Virus record (IMG/VR): IMGVR_UViG_3300007522_000367
Span: 1-64,000 of that record
From: a virus
Strand: one strand, 5' to 3'
Length of the DNA: 64,000 bases
Shown: positions 8,687 through 17,672 of the stretch, piece by piece
Layout: every line of letters begins with the position of its first letter
Position numbering within the stretch: the stretch's first letter is position 1
Notes under the pieces: generated by a model
Seen by the model: the letters and a program-made list of their open reading frames with translations, nothing else
The model's database searches: none
Told to the model about the DNA's origin: nothing
Translations under genes and position numbers: made by a program

Positions 8687-9220
8687 ATGAAGCGTGATTA
8701 CGACACAGGCACAGCAGACAGTATTACATTCTTTACAGGTGTAGAAGTTGAAAAGACTCCTGCATTTGGAATGAAGACATTGTTTGTTACTGGTATTCAA
8801 GACTACAATGAAGTTATGAAGTACTACAAAGAAGAACAATGCGAGCATATCTTTTTTGGTGCTAATCACAGTTACAATCCTGTTGCAGCGGAAGACTTTG
8901 AAGCATGGGATAAATTAATTCAACTGTTTTTAGATGAAGGTATCTTTTGTAGTCTAGATATTCCGAGCACTATTAACTTAGAATGGTTTATGGACGGCGG
9001 GCTGATTGAGAGCAATTATTTTATTCCGCAGCTTCGTGTAGTTGTTCCTTACGTTAAACAATGGAACTACAACACAATGGTCAAGATTGACGACAAAGGG
9101 TTTCGTGCAACTAATCCGGGCGTTTGGTGCCATAGCCTGCATAATTTGATGGACCGTGATAAATTTACTGACTGGCGCGAATATGGCCTTGACAAAGTGT
9201 TAAAGTTAGCGTATAATTAA
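8687..9220 (+). CDS. Hypothetical phage protein inside the dpd cluster
   Basis: GGAG SD before ATG 8687. FTGVEVEKTPA, HIFFGANHS and ATNPGVWCH look conserved. No function assigned. Confidence 0.65.
   Translation: MKRDYDTGTADSITFFTGVEVEKTPAFGMKTLFVTGIQDYNEVMKYYKEEQCEHIFFGANHSYNPVAAEDFEAWDKLIQLFLDEGIFCSLDIPSTINLEWFMDGGLIESNYFIPQLRVVVPYVKQWNYNTMVKIDDKGFRATNPGVWCHSLHNLMDRDKFTDWREYGLDKVLKLAYN
9189..9217 (+). promoter_or_regulatory. Consensus sigma70-type promoter upstream of the T-fold gene
   Basis: TTGACA-17 nt-TATAAT. Confidence 0.8.
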
Positions 9221-9279
9221 TGTATGAGCAAGAAAACTATCACAACTACATACTACGCAAAATAAGAGAAGAAAGAACT

Positions 9280-9678
9280 ATGACAGAACCTACTAAAAGT
9301 ATTTGGGTTACATTCCGCAAAGAAGGGGTGCATCTGTACCCTGGTGCAGACACTAATCCTAAACTAGCAACAGGCGGATGGGATGATGTATCATTCCTTG
9401 GCGTTCCGCATCGCCATATTTTCCATTTTAAAGTTCGCATCGAAGTGTTCCATAACGATCGCGATATTGAGTTTATCCAATTTAAACGTTGGATGGAACG
9501 GTTGTATGCTGAAGTAGATAGCTCTACATCTGTACTACAACTAAATCACAAGAGCTGCGAAATGATCGCAGATGACTTGTACAAAGAAATTTCTACAAAG
9601 TATCCCGGCCGATTTGTAGAGATTGATGTTGCCGAAGATGGCGAAAACGGCTGTTCAAACTTTTATCCTAAGAATTAA
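9280..9678 (+). CDS. dpdL: QueD-like T-fold protein of the DpdL type (proposed CDG decarboxylase)
   Basis: EGVH...LGVPHRHIF...SCEMIA...VAEDGENG. The QueD CxxxHGH motif is replaced by LxxxHRHxF. Start at 9280 chosen because ATG 9220 abuts the -10 box. Confidence 0.72.
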   Translation: MTEPTKSIWVTFRKEGVHLYPGADTNPKLATGGWDDVSFLGVPHRHIFHFKVRIEVFHNDRDIEFIQFKRWMERLYAEVDSSTSVLQLNHKSCEMIADDLYKEISTKYPGRFVEIDVAEDGENGCSNFYPKN

Positions 9679-9691
9679 AAAGGTAAAAACT

Positions 9692-9937
9692 ATGTCAATT
9701 GAGAATCCTGTTATCCGCAAAGTATTTGACGACTTGGATAAATTCCGTGACTACTGTCGCTTTGAAGCAAAAGTCTTTGATGAAAAAGACATGTATAGCA
9801 ACGAGTCACCAACTTGGATTGCGTACAACAAACACCAAGGTTGGCTGCGAGCAAAATCTCGTGCAGGCGCAAGCTACGATCCCAATCGTCGCACACGCCG
9901 TCCTAACCCAAGGTTTGAAAGCAATCGAGGTAACTAA
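9692..9937 (+). CDS. Hypothetical protein with basic C-terminus
   Basis: AAGG SD; FDDLDKFRDYCRF...; fills the gap. Confidence 0.65.
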   Translation: MSIENPVIRKVFDDLDKFRDYCRFEAKVFDEKDMYSNESPTWIAYNKHQGWLRAKSRAGASYDPNRRTRRPNPRFESNRGN

Positions 9938-11035
9938 ATGACAATCTTCATAGTAGACATTGAAGCAGTAGATACCCGCTACACTAAACAGTGGAAAGAG
10001 TATTTGCCTAAGCAAATGCGGCATGCTACTAATGAAGATGTTAAAGTTATTAGCGGCGGAAATACTCCTCAGGCAACTACGCCTGGGGCGTTTCTTAATT
10101 TTGGTGGTACTAATGTTTATAAGAGTAAGCAATTAGAAATCATTGGTGAAATGTTTTGCAAAGGTGAGGTAAAGAATGGAGACTATTTTCTATATACGGA
10201 TGCTTGGAACCCAACTGTTATCCAGCTTCGTTACATGGCTGAGCTCTTGGGCGTTGATATCAGAATCGGTGGCTTATGGCATGCTGGTAGTTATGATCCT
10301 CATGATTTTCTTGGTAGGCTAATTGGCAATAAGCCCTGGGTAAGACATGCTGAGAAGAGTATGTATCATGTGTACGACAATAACTTCTTTGCTACAGAGT
10401 TCCATGTTCGGATGTTCTTTGATGAATTACTGCATGGCGGCATGATGGTAGAGAATCCTTGGTACGACGATGACTGGGAAGAAATCTACGACAGTGGTAA
10501 AATTGTTCGTGTAGGATGGCCTATGGAGTATCTTAAAGATAGCTTAACACAATATAAAGGTATGGAGAAGCGAGACTTGATCTTGTTTCCACATCGTGTT
10601 GCTCCTGAGAAGCAAGTTGATATTTTTAGAGACTTGGCACAGCTCCTGCCACAATATGAGTTTGTTGTTTGTCAAGAGCAACAGCTTACAAAGAATGAAT
10701 ATCATAACTTGCTAGGGGAAGCTAAACTTGTGTTTAGTGCTAACCTACAAGAAACACTAGGTATTAGTTGGTATGAAGGTGCATTAGTAAATGCTATTCC
10801 TATGGTGCCGAATAGACTAAGCTACAGTGAAATGGCTGTTCCAGAGTTCTTATACCCAAGCGAATGGACTGAAGACTATGACGCTTACTTGTATCACAAA
10901 GACAAAGTAATTGCACGTATTGTAGAGTACATGGAAAATTACGATGACTTTGCAGTTAGTCTAGCTAAACAAGTTACTAAACTAAACAAAGAATTTTTTA
11001 GTGGAGCAGCATTGTATGACACAATTAAAGGATAA
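9938..11035 (+). CDS. GT-B fold glycosyltransferase (GT4-like)
   Basis: FPHRVAPEKQ and QETLGISWYEG (ExxGxxxxE) donor-binding motif. Confidence 0.82.
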   Translation: MTIFIVDIEAVDTRYTKQWKEYLPKQMRHATNEDVKVISGGNTPQATTPGAFLNFGGTNVYKSKQLEIIGEMFCKGEVKNGDYFLYTDAWNPTVIQLRYMAELLGVDIRIGGLWHAGSYDPHDFLGRLIGNKPWVRHAEKSMYHVYDNNFFATEFHVRMFFDELLHGGMMVENPWYDDDWEEIYDSGKIVRVGWPMEYLKDSLTQYKGMEKRDLILFPHRVAPEKQVDIFRDLAQLLPQYEFVVCQEQQLTKNEYHNLLGEAKLVFSANLQETLGISWYEGALVNAIPMVPNRLSYSEMAVPEFLYPSEWTEDYDAYLYHKDKVIARIVEYMENYDDFAVSLAKQVTKLNKEFFSGAALYDTIKG

Positions 11036-11480
11036 TATATCTATTGGCACAATCTTTCTTAAACTGCTAGAACGTGTAGATCGCAAGCGTGTGATTATGG
11101 ACCGTTACCACAACGAGCCGTACTTAACACGCTATTATCTTTTCTTAAAAGAGCGTACATGGTTTCCGTTTAATGTCTTTTTACATAACTTTCATAAAGG
11201 AGATTTAGATGACTTACATGATCATCCTTGGCCTTACTTTACTTTTATTCTTAGCGGCGGGTATTGGGAACATACTCCAGCAGGTAAATTGTGGAGACGA
11301 CCGGGGCATTTTAGGTTTAGCAGTCCTAAGTCTCTTCATAGCATTGAACTTGAGCCTGGTATTGAGCCTTGGACTTTGTTTGTACCTGGTCCTAAACTAA
11401 GAGAATGGGGCTTTGTCAAAGACGGTGCTTGGGTACAACATGAACAATACTTGAAGGAAAAATATGAGCTCGAACACTAA
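11001..11480 (+). CDS. Cupin-fold protein
   Basis: LHDHPW...GGYWE...LHSIEL...WTLF. Confidence 0.7.
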   Translation: MEQHCMTQLKDNISIGTIFLKLLERVDRKRVIMDRYHNEPYLTRYYLFLKERTWFPFNVFLHNFHKGDLDDLHDHPWPYFTFILSGGYWEHTPAGKLWRRPGHFRFSSPKSLHSIELEPGIEPWTLFVPGPKLREWGFVKDGAWVQHEQYLKEKYELEH

Positions 11481-11847
11481 TTCCAGTTCTAACACCATTG
11501 GACTCTTGTCCGGATCAGCAGCACAAAAAATGTCTGCTCTGAGCGGGTATATTAGTTGTACTGATACTGGTGTGTTAACCGGAACGTATAGTAGTGCTAG
11601 TGCTATTACTGGTAATCTGACTATAAGAGACTCGTTAGATCCTAATACGATGCAGATTGATATTCCTCTTGTTGTTCAAGGCAGAGATGTTATGAAAGAA
11701 CTTGACGAACTGCGTGACTCTGTGTTATTATTAAAGCGACACGTAGATATGGAAGCAAAGTATCCTAAGCTAAAAGAACTAAAAGATGCGTATGAGTCGC
11801 AACTTGCAAAGTATAAAACATTTGATGCAATTAAGGAATCTAAATGA
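11464..11847 (+). CDS. Hypothetical protein
   Basis: S/T/G-rich N-terminus and helical C-terminus (MEAKYPKLKEL); coupled to its neighbours. Confidence 0.65.
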   Translation: MSSNTNSSSNTIGLLSGSAAQKMSALSGYISCTDTGVLTGTYSSASAITGNLTIRDSLDPNTMQIDIPLVVQGRDVMKELDELRDSVLLLKRHVDMEAKYPKLKELKDAYESQLAKYKTFDAIKESK

Positions 11848-12143
11848 GATGGTTTAAAAAACTAGTAGCTAGCTGGGCAAGGCAAGGTAGCGATTATGAA
11901 GAAGAAAAATGCACAGTTGGTCGTGACACGGTAACATGTTCGCGTGATACTAAAGCAACTGTGTGCGATGCTGACCCTATACTAAACTTTAGAGTGTTTA
12001 GTGCAATAGGCGGACGTGTGGTAGAGTTTCGAACATATGATCGGGTAAAAGATCGTACTAATACAACTACTTACATTATTCACAAGGACGATGATTTTGG
12101 TGATAAGATTGCTAAAATTGCAACACTGGAGAGCATGAAATGA
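11844..12143 (+). CDS. Hypothetical protein
   Basis: ATGA overlaps on both sides. Confidence 0.65.
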   Translation: MRWFKKLVASWARQGSDYEEEKCTVGRDTVTCSRDTKATVCDADPILNFRVFSAIGGRVVEFRTYDRVKDRTNTTTYIIHKDDDFGDKIAKIATLESMK

Positions 12144-12697
12144 TTAAGAAACATTATTACAGTTGGCAAGACATTGAAAAGATGTGCGTACAGATTGTTA
12201 CTAGCATGTATGCAGACAACTGGCGTCCTGATTATATTGTAGGAATTACTCGTGGCGGCAATATTCCTGCTACTATCATTAGTAACATGCTTAAAGTTCG
12301 CTGCGAAGCACTTAAAGTTAGTTTGCGCGATAGTGAATGCGGACCTGAGAGTAATCTTTGGATGAGCGAGGAAGCGTTTGGATATAATAATGCTGAAGAA
12401 ACTGGCATTACTGGTGCAAGATGGGACCTGTCACTGCGTAAGAATATTCTTATTGTAGATGATATCAACAATAGCGGTGCTACATTCAATTGGATTAAAG
12501 AAGATTGGCAGAGCAGTTGTTTGCCCGATGAAGAAACTTGGAATACAGTTTGGCATAAGAATGTTCGCTTTGCTACACTTACAGATAATCTAGCAAGTGG
12601 GTTTAACGGCACCGTAGATTATACTTGTCACGAAATTAACAAAGCAGAAGATGACGTTTGGTTAGTTTATCCTTGGGAAACTGTTAATGAATACTAA
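12140..12697 (+). CDS. Type I phosphoribosyltransferase (xanthine/guanine PRT-like)
   Basis: VGITRGG, PRPP loop ILIVDDINNSGAT, WLVYPWE. Confidence 0.88.
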   Translation: MIKKHYYSWQDIEKMCVQIVTSMYADNWRPDYIVGITRGGNIPATIISNMLKVRCEALKVSLRDSECGPESNLWMSEEAFGYNNAEETGITGARWDLSLRKNILIVDDINNSGATFNWIKEDWQSSCLPDEETWNTVWHKNVRFATLTDNLASGFNGTVDYTCHEINKAEDDVWLVYPWETVNEY

Positions 12698-13043
12698 ACC
12701 TTGGACTGAAGTATTAGTAGATACAAAAGACTTTACAGTATATAAGGACGACTTTCCGGTAACAGAAGGTCACGTTCTTTTTGTTCCTAAAGTAGAAGAT
12801 TGGCAACATCTTGTAAAATGCTGGGAAGCAGCATACAAGTGGGGATACGATTGGACAGAACGTGGATACTGTGAAGCGTTTAACATAGGACAGAATGTAG
12901 GCGAAGCAGCAGGACAAACTGTAGAATATGCTCATGTACATTTGATTCCACGACGCAAAGAGGACATGGCGGATCCTCGAGGTGGCGTAAGGCACGTAAT
13001 TCCTGAAAAAGGAAATTATAAGAAACTACTTGACAAAGCCTAA
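12687..13043 (+). CDS. HIT family nucleotide hydrolase
   Basis: PVTEGHVLFVPK and NVGEAAGQTVEYAHVHLIPR. Confidence 0.9.
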   Translation: MNTKPWTEVLVDTKDFTVYKDDFPVTEGHVLFVPKVEDWQHLVKCWEAAYKWGYDWTERGYCEAFNIGQNVGEAAGQTVEYAHVHLIPRRKEDMADPRGGVRHVIPEKGNYKKLLDKA

Positions 13044-13058
13044 ATAACAGTGTATACT
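13030..13058 (+). promoter_or_regulatory. sigma70-type promoter upstream of folE
   Basis: TTGACA-17 nt-TATACT. Confidence 0.75.
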
Positions 13059-13101
13059 TAATAGTATATAAGACATCCACGTCAATAACTCGGAGAAATA
13101 A

Positions 13102-13794
13102 ATGACAGAAAAAAACTTATCTCAAGTGCTTCGTGAGAAGATGCACTCAGAAAATAAACGCTTTTGGGCAGGCGATAACATCAGCGAATATATTTCCAAT
13201 GATACAAAAGACATCCTTATCAACGAAGCTGCACAAGCATTTGAAAGTGTACTTGACACACTGCTAATTGATCGTGAAAATGATCCTAACAGCAAAGGTA
13301 CTGCAAAGCGCCTTGCTAAAATGTACTACAATGAGATTATGAGCGGACGTTATGATCCTATGCCTAGTGCAACGGCGTTCCCAAATGACAGCAAGGATAG
13401 ATATGAAGGCATGTTGGTTGTTCGCAGTGAGTTGCGTAGCATGTGCAGTCATCATCACCAGCCCGTTAGTGGCATTGCTTATATTGGCATTATTGCTTCT
13501 CAAAAGTTAATTGGTCTCAGCAAATATACTCGTATTGCACAGTGGTGTGCTAGACGTGGTACATTACAAGAAGAACTGTGTAATGACATCGCACGTGAGA
13601 TTAAAGCTGCTACAGGTACTAGTAACTTAGGAGTGTATATTCAAGCAACACACGGATGCTGTGAGAATCGCGGCATCATGGCAAATAGTAGTCTTACACA
13701 AACTACTGTACTTGAAGGTAGCTTTAAACACGATGCTGGTACAAAGAAAGAATTCTTTGACAATATTAAACTGCAACAGGAGTTTGCACGATGA
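13102..13794 (+). CDS. folE: GTP cyclohydrolase I
   Basis: SMCSHH, IGLSKYTR, LQEEL, HGCCENRG. Confidence 0.95.
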   Translation: MTEKNLSQVLREKMHSENKRFWAGDNISEYISNDTKDILINEAAQAFESVLDTLLIDRENDPNSKGTAKRLAKMYYNEIMSGRYDPMPSATAFPNDSKDRYEGMLVVRSELRSMCSHHHQPVSGIAYIGIIASQKLIGLSKYTRIAQWCARRGTLQEELCNDIAREIKAATGTSNLGVYIQATHGCCENRGIMANSSLTQTTVLEGSFKHDAGTKKEFFDNIKLQQEFAR

Positions 13795-14663
13795 AATTGA
13801 GATATAGCGAAGCCTTTTACAGTATACAAGGCGAAGGTGCATATGTAGGTGTACCTAGTGTATTCCTACGTACATATGGTTGCAACTTCCGTTGTCAAAA
13901 CTTTGGACTTCCTCGTGGTACTCCTAAAGCTAAATATAATCCAGAAGTTAAAAAACTTATTGACTCCGGTGTGCATCTAACTGCAAAAGTATTTGAAGAC
14001 TTGCCGCTGGTGTTTACTGGCTGCGACACTTACGCAAGTATCTATCCTGAGTTCAAACATCTTGTAATGGACAAGACTATCGACGAAGTTGTAGAACATA
14101 TACTGTCGCTTACTCCAGAAGGTAAGTGGACTATGGATAATGGACAGGATGTCCATTTGATTCTCACTGGCGGTGAACCGCTACTTGCTTGGCAGCGTTT
14201 GTATATTGAGTTGTTTGAGCATCCTAGAATGAAGGACTTAAAGAATGTTACATTTGAAACAAACACTACACAATTTTTACACACGGAGTTTGCCGATTAC
14301 CTTAAGAATCAGGCAAGATTTAAAACAACGTTTAGTTGTTCGCCCAAGCTCTCCGTATCTGGTGAATCTTGGACAGACGCTATTAAGCCTGCTGTTGCTG
14401 CCAATTACCGCTCTATACTTAATGCTGACATGTATTTTAAATTTGTTGTTGCTGACAGCGTTGACGTTGAAGAAGTTGATCGAGCTGTCGAGGCTTACAG
14501 AAAAATTGGGATCAATGTTCCGGTATATCTTATGCCGATGGGCGGTCGTACAGAAGGTTATAACCTTACCGTACAAGAAGTTGCAAAACTTGCTATGGCA
14601 AAAGGATACCGATTCACTCCGAGACTCCACATTAGCTTATTCGGAAATGCCTGGGGGACTTGA
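13791..14663 (+). CDS. queE: 7-carboxy-7-deazaguanine synthase (radical SAM)
   Basis: EAFYSIQGEG, FLRTYGCNFRC...GCDT with an insertion inside the Cys motif, TGGEP, ETN, SPKL, RLH. Confidence 0.93.
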   Translation: MKLRYSEAFYSIQGEGAYVGVPSVFLRTYGCNFRCQNFGLPRGTPKAKYNPEVKKLIDSGVHLTAKVFEDLPLVFTGCDTYASIYPEFKHLVMDKTIDEVVEHILSLTPEGKWTMDNGQDVHLILTGGEPLLAWQRLYIELFEHPRMKDLKNVTFETNTTQFLHTEFADYLKNQARFKTTFSCSPKLSVSGESWTDAIKPAVAANYRSILNADMYFKFVVADSVDVEEVDRAVEAYRKIGINVPVYLMPMGGRTEGYNLTVQEVAKLAMAKGYRFTPRLHISLFGNAWGT

Positions 14664-14739
14664 TGACGATGCGCTTAACGCCCTTAGGCAGGGCGTACAC
14701 AAAGATGAACAAATCGATAAACTAAGGAAACACATATGA
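14647..14739 (+). CDS. Small hypothetical protein (30 aa, MPGGLDDDAL...)
   Basis: Overlaps the end of queE and has an ATGA overlap with the next gene. Confidence 0.4.
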   Translation: MPGGLDDDALNALRQGVHKDEQIDKLRKHI

Positions 14740-15125
14740 AATGGCTCAATAAGCTACTAGGCAGAGAAGAAAAAGTACAACAAGAAATGCCTGTAGAATC
14801 TACTAATGAATATTTACGCAGAGCAATTCTTGCTAAAGAAAAAGAAGCTGCTACTGCTAAAGGCGAAGCATGGGTTGCTGTGTTAGATACACAAATTAAT
14901 CCAAAGAATATTAAGAACGGTTTCTTTGAGCTTGATTGGAATAATCAGTTTATTGAAGAACTACTTGATGCTGGTTATAGCGGTGAGTCAAACGAACAGA
15001 TTGTAGATGGATGGTTTCGAACTATTGCTATGCAAGTGTTAGGCGAAGAAGGTCTTAACACAGCGCGAGAAATGGGGTACATTAACGTAGTGCCTATTAA
15101 TAAAAGCAAAAGCGAAGTATCATGA
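14736..15125 (+). CDS. Hypothetical phage protein
   Basis: GFFELDWN...GYSGES...IVDGWF; AGGA SD. Confidence 0.7.
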   Translation: MKWLNKLLGREEKVQQEMPVESTNEYLRRAILAKEKEAATAKGEAWVAVLDTQINPKNIKNGFFELDWNNQFIEELLDAGYSGESNEQIVDGWFRTIAMQVLGEEGLNTAREMGYINVVPINKSKSEVS

Positions 15126-15154
15126 TTGACATTCTATCAATCATATGCTATAAT
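15126..15154 (+). promoter_or_regulatory. Consensus sigma70-type promoter upstream of rnh
   Basis: TTGACA-17 nt-TATAAT. Confidence 0.8.
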
Positions 15155-15180
15155 GATAACACTAAAGGCACATATATAAT

Positions 15181-16170
15181 ATGAGTACATACATTCTGGT
15201 AGACACAGCAAATACGTTCTTTAGAGCTCGTCACGTAGTACGCGGCGATATCGACACAAAGGTAGGCATGGCACTACACATTACGCTAAACAGTGTAAAG
15301 AAAGCATGGACTGACTTTAAAGCAGATCACGTTGTGTTCTGTTTAGAAGGTCGTAGCTGGCGCAAGGACTTTTACGAGCCCTACAAGCGCAACAGGCAAG
15401 TTGCCCGCGGCAAACTATCTGTAACAGAAGCAGAAGAAGATACTGCATTCTGGGGTATCTTTGACGAGTTTAAAAACTTCGTTACTGAAAAGACTAATTG
15501 TACTGTTATGCAACACAAGCAACTAGAAGCAGATGATCTTATTGCAGGTTGGGTACAAATGCACCCGAATGACACTCATATTATTATTAGTACAGATGGC
15601 GACTTTGCACAACTTATTGCACCTAATGTACAGCAGTACAACGGTGTGAGTAATACAATTATTACACACAAAGGATACTTTGACGATAAGAAGCGTGAGC
15701 CTATTATTGACAAGAAGACCAAAGAAGTAAAACCTGCTCCTAATCCTAAGTGGCAAATTTTTGAAAAGTGTATGCGTGGCGACACTAATGATAATGTGTT
15801 TAGTGCATATCCCGGTGTGCGTACAAAAGGCACTAAGAACAAAGTTGGCCTTACAGAAGCGTTTGAAGATAAAGTTACAAAAGGCTTTAACTGGAATAAC
15901 ATGATGCTACAGCGTTGGACTGATCATGAAGGTGTCGAACATCGTGTGCTAGATGATTATCAGCGTAATGTAGTACTGTGTGACTTAACTGCACAACCCG
16001 AACACATTAAAGAACTAATTACTACTACAATTAAAGAGCATGCTGTGCCTAAGACAGTAGATCAAGTAGGCATGCGTCTTATGAAATTCTGTGCTAAGTG
16101 GGATATGCAACGTATTGCAGATCAAGCTACTTATTATGCAGAGCCATTAAATGCGAGGTATCCGGTATGA
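15181..16170 (+). CDS. rnh: T4-type RNase H / 5'-3' exonuclease (FEN family)
   Basis: ILVD, SWRK...YKRNR, EADDLI, STDGDF, GDTNDNV. Confidence 0.9.
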   Translation: MSTYILVDTANTFFRARHVVRGDIDTKVGMALHITLNSVKKAWTDFKADHVVFCLEGRSWRKDFYEPYKRNRQVARGKLSVTEAEEDTAFWGIFDEFKNFVTEKTNCTVMQHKQLEADDLIAGWVQMHPNDTHIIISTDGDFAQLIAPNVQQYNGVSNTIITHKGYFDDKKREPIIDKKTKEVKPAPNPKWQIFEKCMRGDTNDNVFSAYPGVRTKGTKNKVGLTEAFEDKVTKGFNWNNMMLQRWTDHEGVEHRVLDDYQRNVVLCDLTAQPEHIKELITTTIKEHAVPKTVDQVGMRLMKFCAKWDMQRIADQATYYAEPLNARYPV

Positions 16171-16625
16171 ATGCAAAAGAAATTATTAAAAATAAGTTTT
16201 GGATTGTTGAAGACAAAGGTGTTAAATTTGGCACTATTAGTTTAAATGAGGATCAGTATATTTTAAGTACTCCGACAGGTACTAAATTTTATCATACTGA
16301 AAACCAACTTACTAAAGCATTAGATCAAAAACTAAGTTGGACTGAGTTAGCAATAACTGAAATCAGTACAAAAGAAGTACACGGTTATGCAACTAACTCA
16401 ACTCCTTTTAACCCTATGTTTGACGTAAAACGTAAACTTCCTTTGTTTACTAAAAGCGATAAGAGCAAGAGTTTGTACTGTGCAGGATACTATATTATTC
16501 AGTTTGAAAAAGGTTGGGTTAAGAGCTTTTGTCCTAAACTTATTACAGTAGAACGTTACACTACTAAAGGTCCATTCAAAAGTGAAATTGAGATGCGTCA
16601 GGAGTTAAGCTGTGTCAACCGTTGA
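16167..16625 (+). CDS. Hypothetical protein
   Basis: GAGG SD; ATGA overlap with rnh. Confidence 0.7.
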   Translation: MNAKEIIKNKFWIVEDKGVKFGTISLNEDQYILSTPTGTKFYHTENQLTKALDQKLSWTELAITEISTKEVHGYATNSTPFNPMFDVKRKLPLFTKSDKSKSLYCAGYYIIQFEKGWVKSFCPKLITVERYTTKGPFKSEIEMRQELSCVNR

Positions 16626-16854
16626 ACCTTTAAACACTAATCCTATTCAGCAGTTTATTAGTCAAGTTAAGGGCGCTGATGCATCTAACCAAAAAGAGCT
16701 GAAGATGAATATTGATCAAGCTCGACGCCTTGCATTTACTCTAGGCGAAGTTATGGCAAGATTAAACGGCGACCTTGAGCAGTTGCTTGCACGTAAGAAT
16801 AGCGGTGCGGACGATGTGATTCAAATTAATATGGATGGCGGAAGCAAGTGGTAA
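16612..16854 (+). CDS. Hypothetical protein
   Basis: AGGAG SD before a GTG start. Confidence 0.7.
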   Translation: MSTVEPLNTNPIQQFISQVKGADASNQKELKMNIDQARRLAFTLGEVMARLNGDLEQLLARKNSGADDVIQINMDGGSKW

Positions 16855-16871
16855 ATCTACTCTAAAAAGAG

Positions 16872-16878
16872 ATAAATA
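16872..16878 (+). promoter_or_regulatory. T4-type late promoter-like ATAAATA
   Basis: Intergenic, about 30 nt upstream of ATG 16908. The same motif precedes structural genes. Confidence 0.55.
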
Positions 16879-16907
16879 TATGCGTAGTTAACTAAAGGAC
16901 AACGTAT

Positions 16908-17195
16908 ATGAGCAGACCCAAGCCTACCATATTAAAAGAACATGTAAATAAAAAGACTTATAAAACTGAACAAGTCTTACATTCTGATGCCATTTGGGCT
17001 GTGTTTTTCCAAAATCAGCCTTTTAATCTTAAAAGTGCAAATATGCTTACTAGCTATCCAGGACCTAAGTATAAAAAGACCAGCTTCTCAAATCCTGGGC
17101 ATGCATTTAATCTAGCCAAAAAATTAAACAATTTGTTTAATAGTGACGAATTTTCTGTGGTTAAACTTACCACAGGCGAAACGATCTTCGAATGA
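16908..17195 (+). CDS. Hypothetical basic phage protein
   Basis: AAGGA SD; PGPKYKKTSFSNPGHA. Confidence 0.7.
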   Translation: MSRPKPTILKEHVNKKTYKTEQVLHSDAIWAVFFQNQPFNLKSANMLTSYPGPKYKKTSFSNPGHAFNLAKKLNNLFNSDEFSVVKLTTGETIFE

Positions 17196-17599
17196 ACTGG
17201 AAAGAAACATACACTAAAATATTCCTTAAGGCTGCTGACAAAAGTATCGGTGAGTCTGCTGTAAAGGAGTATTTTCCGGTGTGGTGGAAGAACACACGAG
17301 CAAAAGATACAGGCGGGCTGCGTCTTACTGATGAAGGCTTTCGCTTTATTACAGAAGATATAGAACTTACTACCTATGAAGTTCCGTATCCTAGAGATTT
17401 TGAGCTTACTACTAATGTAATAATTTGGATGGACAACTTTATCGACTGTCCGTATTACTTAGGTAGGCATGGCATTATTGTTACAAACGAGAAAAAAGCC
17501 ATGGAATTACACCTGTTTAGCGGCGATATACGCAAGTATGGCCTAACAAAGGCCCTAAACAGACATAAAAAAGACGATTTAGACTCCAATAGTGGTTGA
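17192..17599 (+). CDS. Hypothetical protein
   Basis: ATGA overlap; GLRLTDEG. Confidence 0.7.
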   Translation: MNWKETYTKIFLKAADKSIGESAVKEYFPVWWKNTRAKDTGGLRLTDEGFRFITEDIELTTYEVPYPRDFELTTNVIIWMDNFIDCPYYLGRHGIIVTNEKKAMELHLFSGDIRKYGLTKALNRHKKDDLDSNSG

Positions 17600-17624
17600 C
17601 CTTTGCTGTTATCAGTGTTATTAT
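17596..17624 (+). promoter_or_regulatory. sigma70-type promoter upstream of the AAA ATPase
   Basis: TTGACC-17 nt-TATTAT with an upstream TG. Confidence 0.6.
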
Positions 17625-17672
17625 ATATACATAGTTAGACACAAGCACTTATAACCCTTTAAGGAACACAAA

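Noticed and set aside
9280-9678. Canonical QueD
   Set aside because: The catalytic CxxxHGH is absent and replaced by LxxxHRHxF, so it is called DpdL-like.
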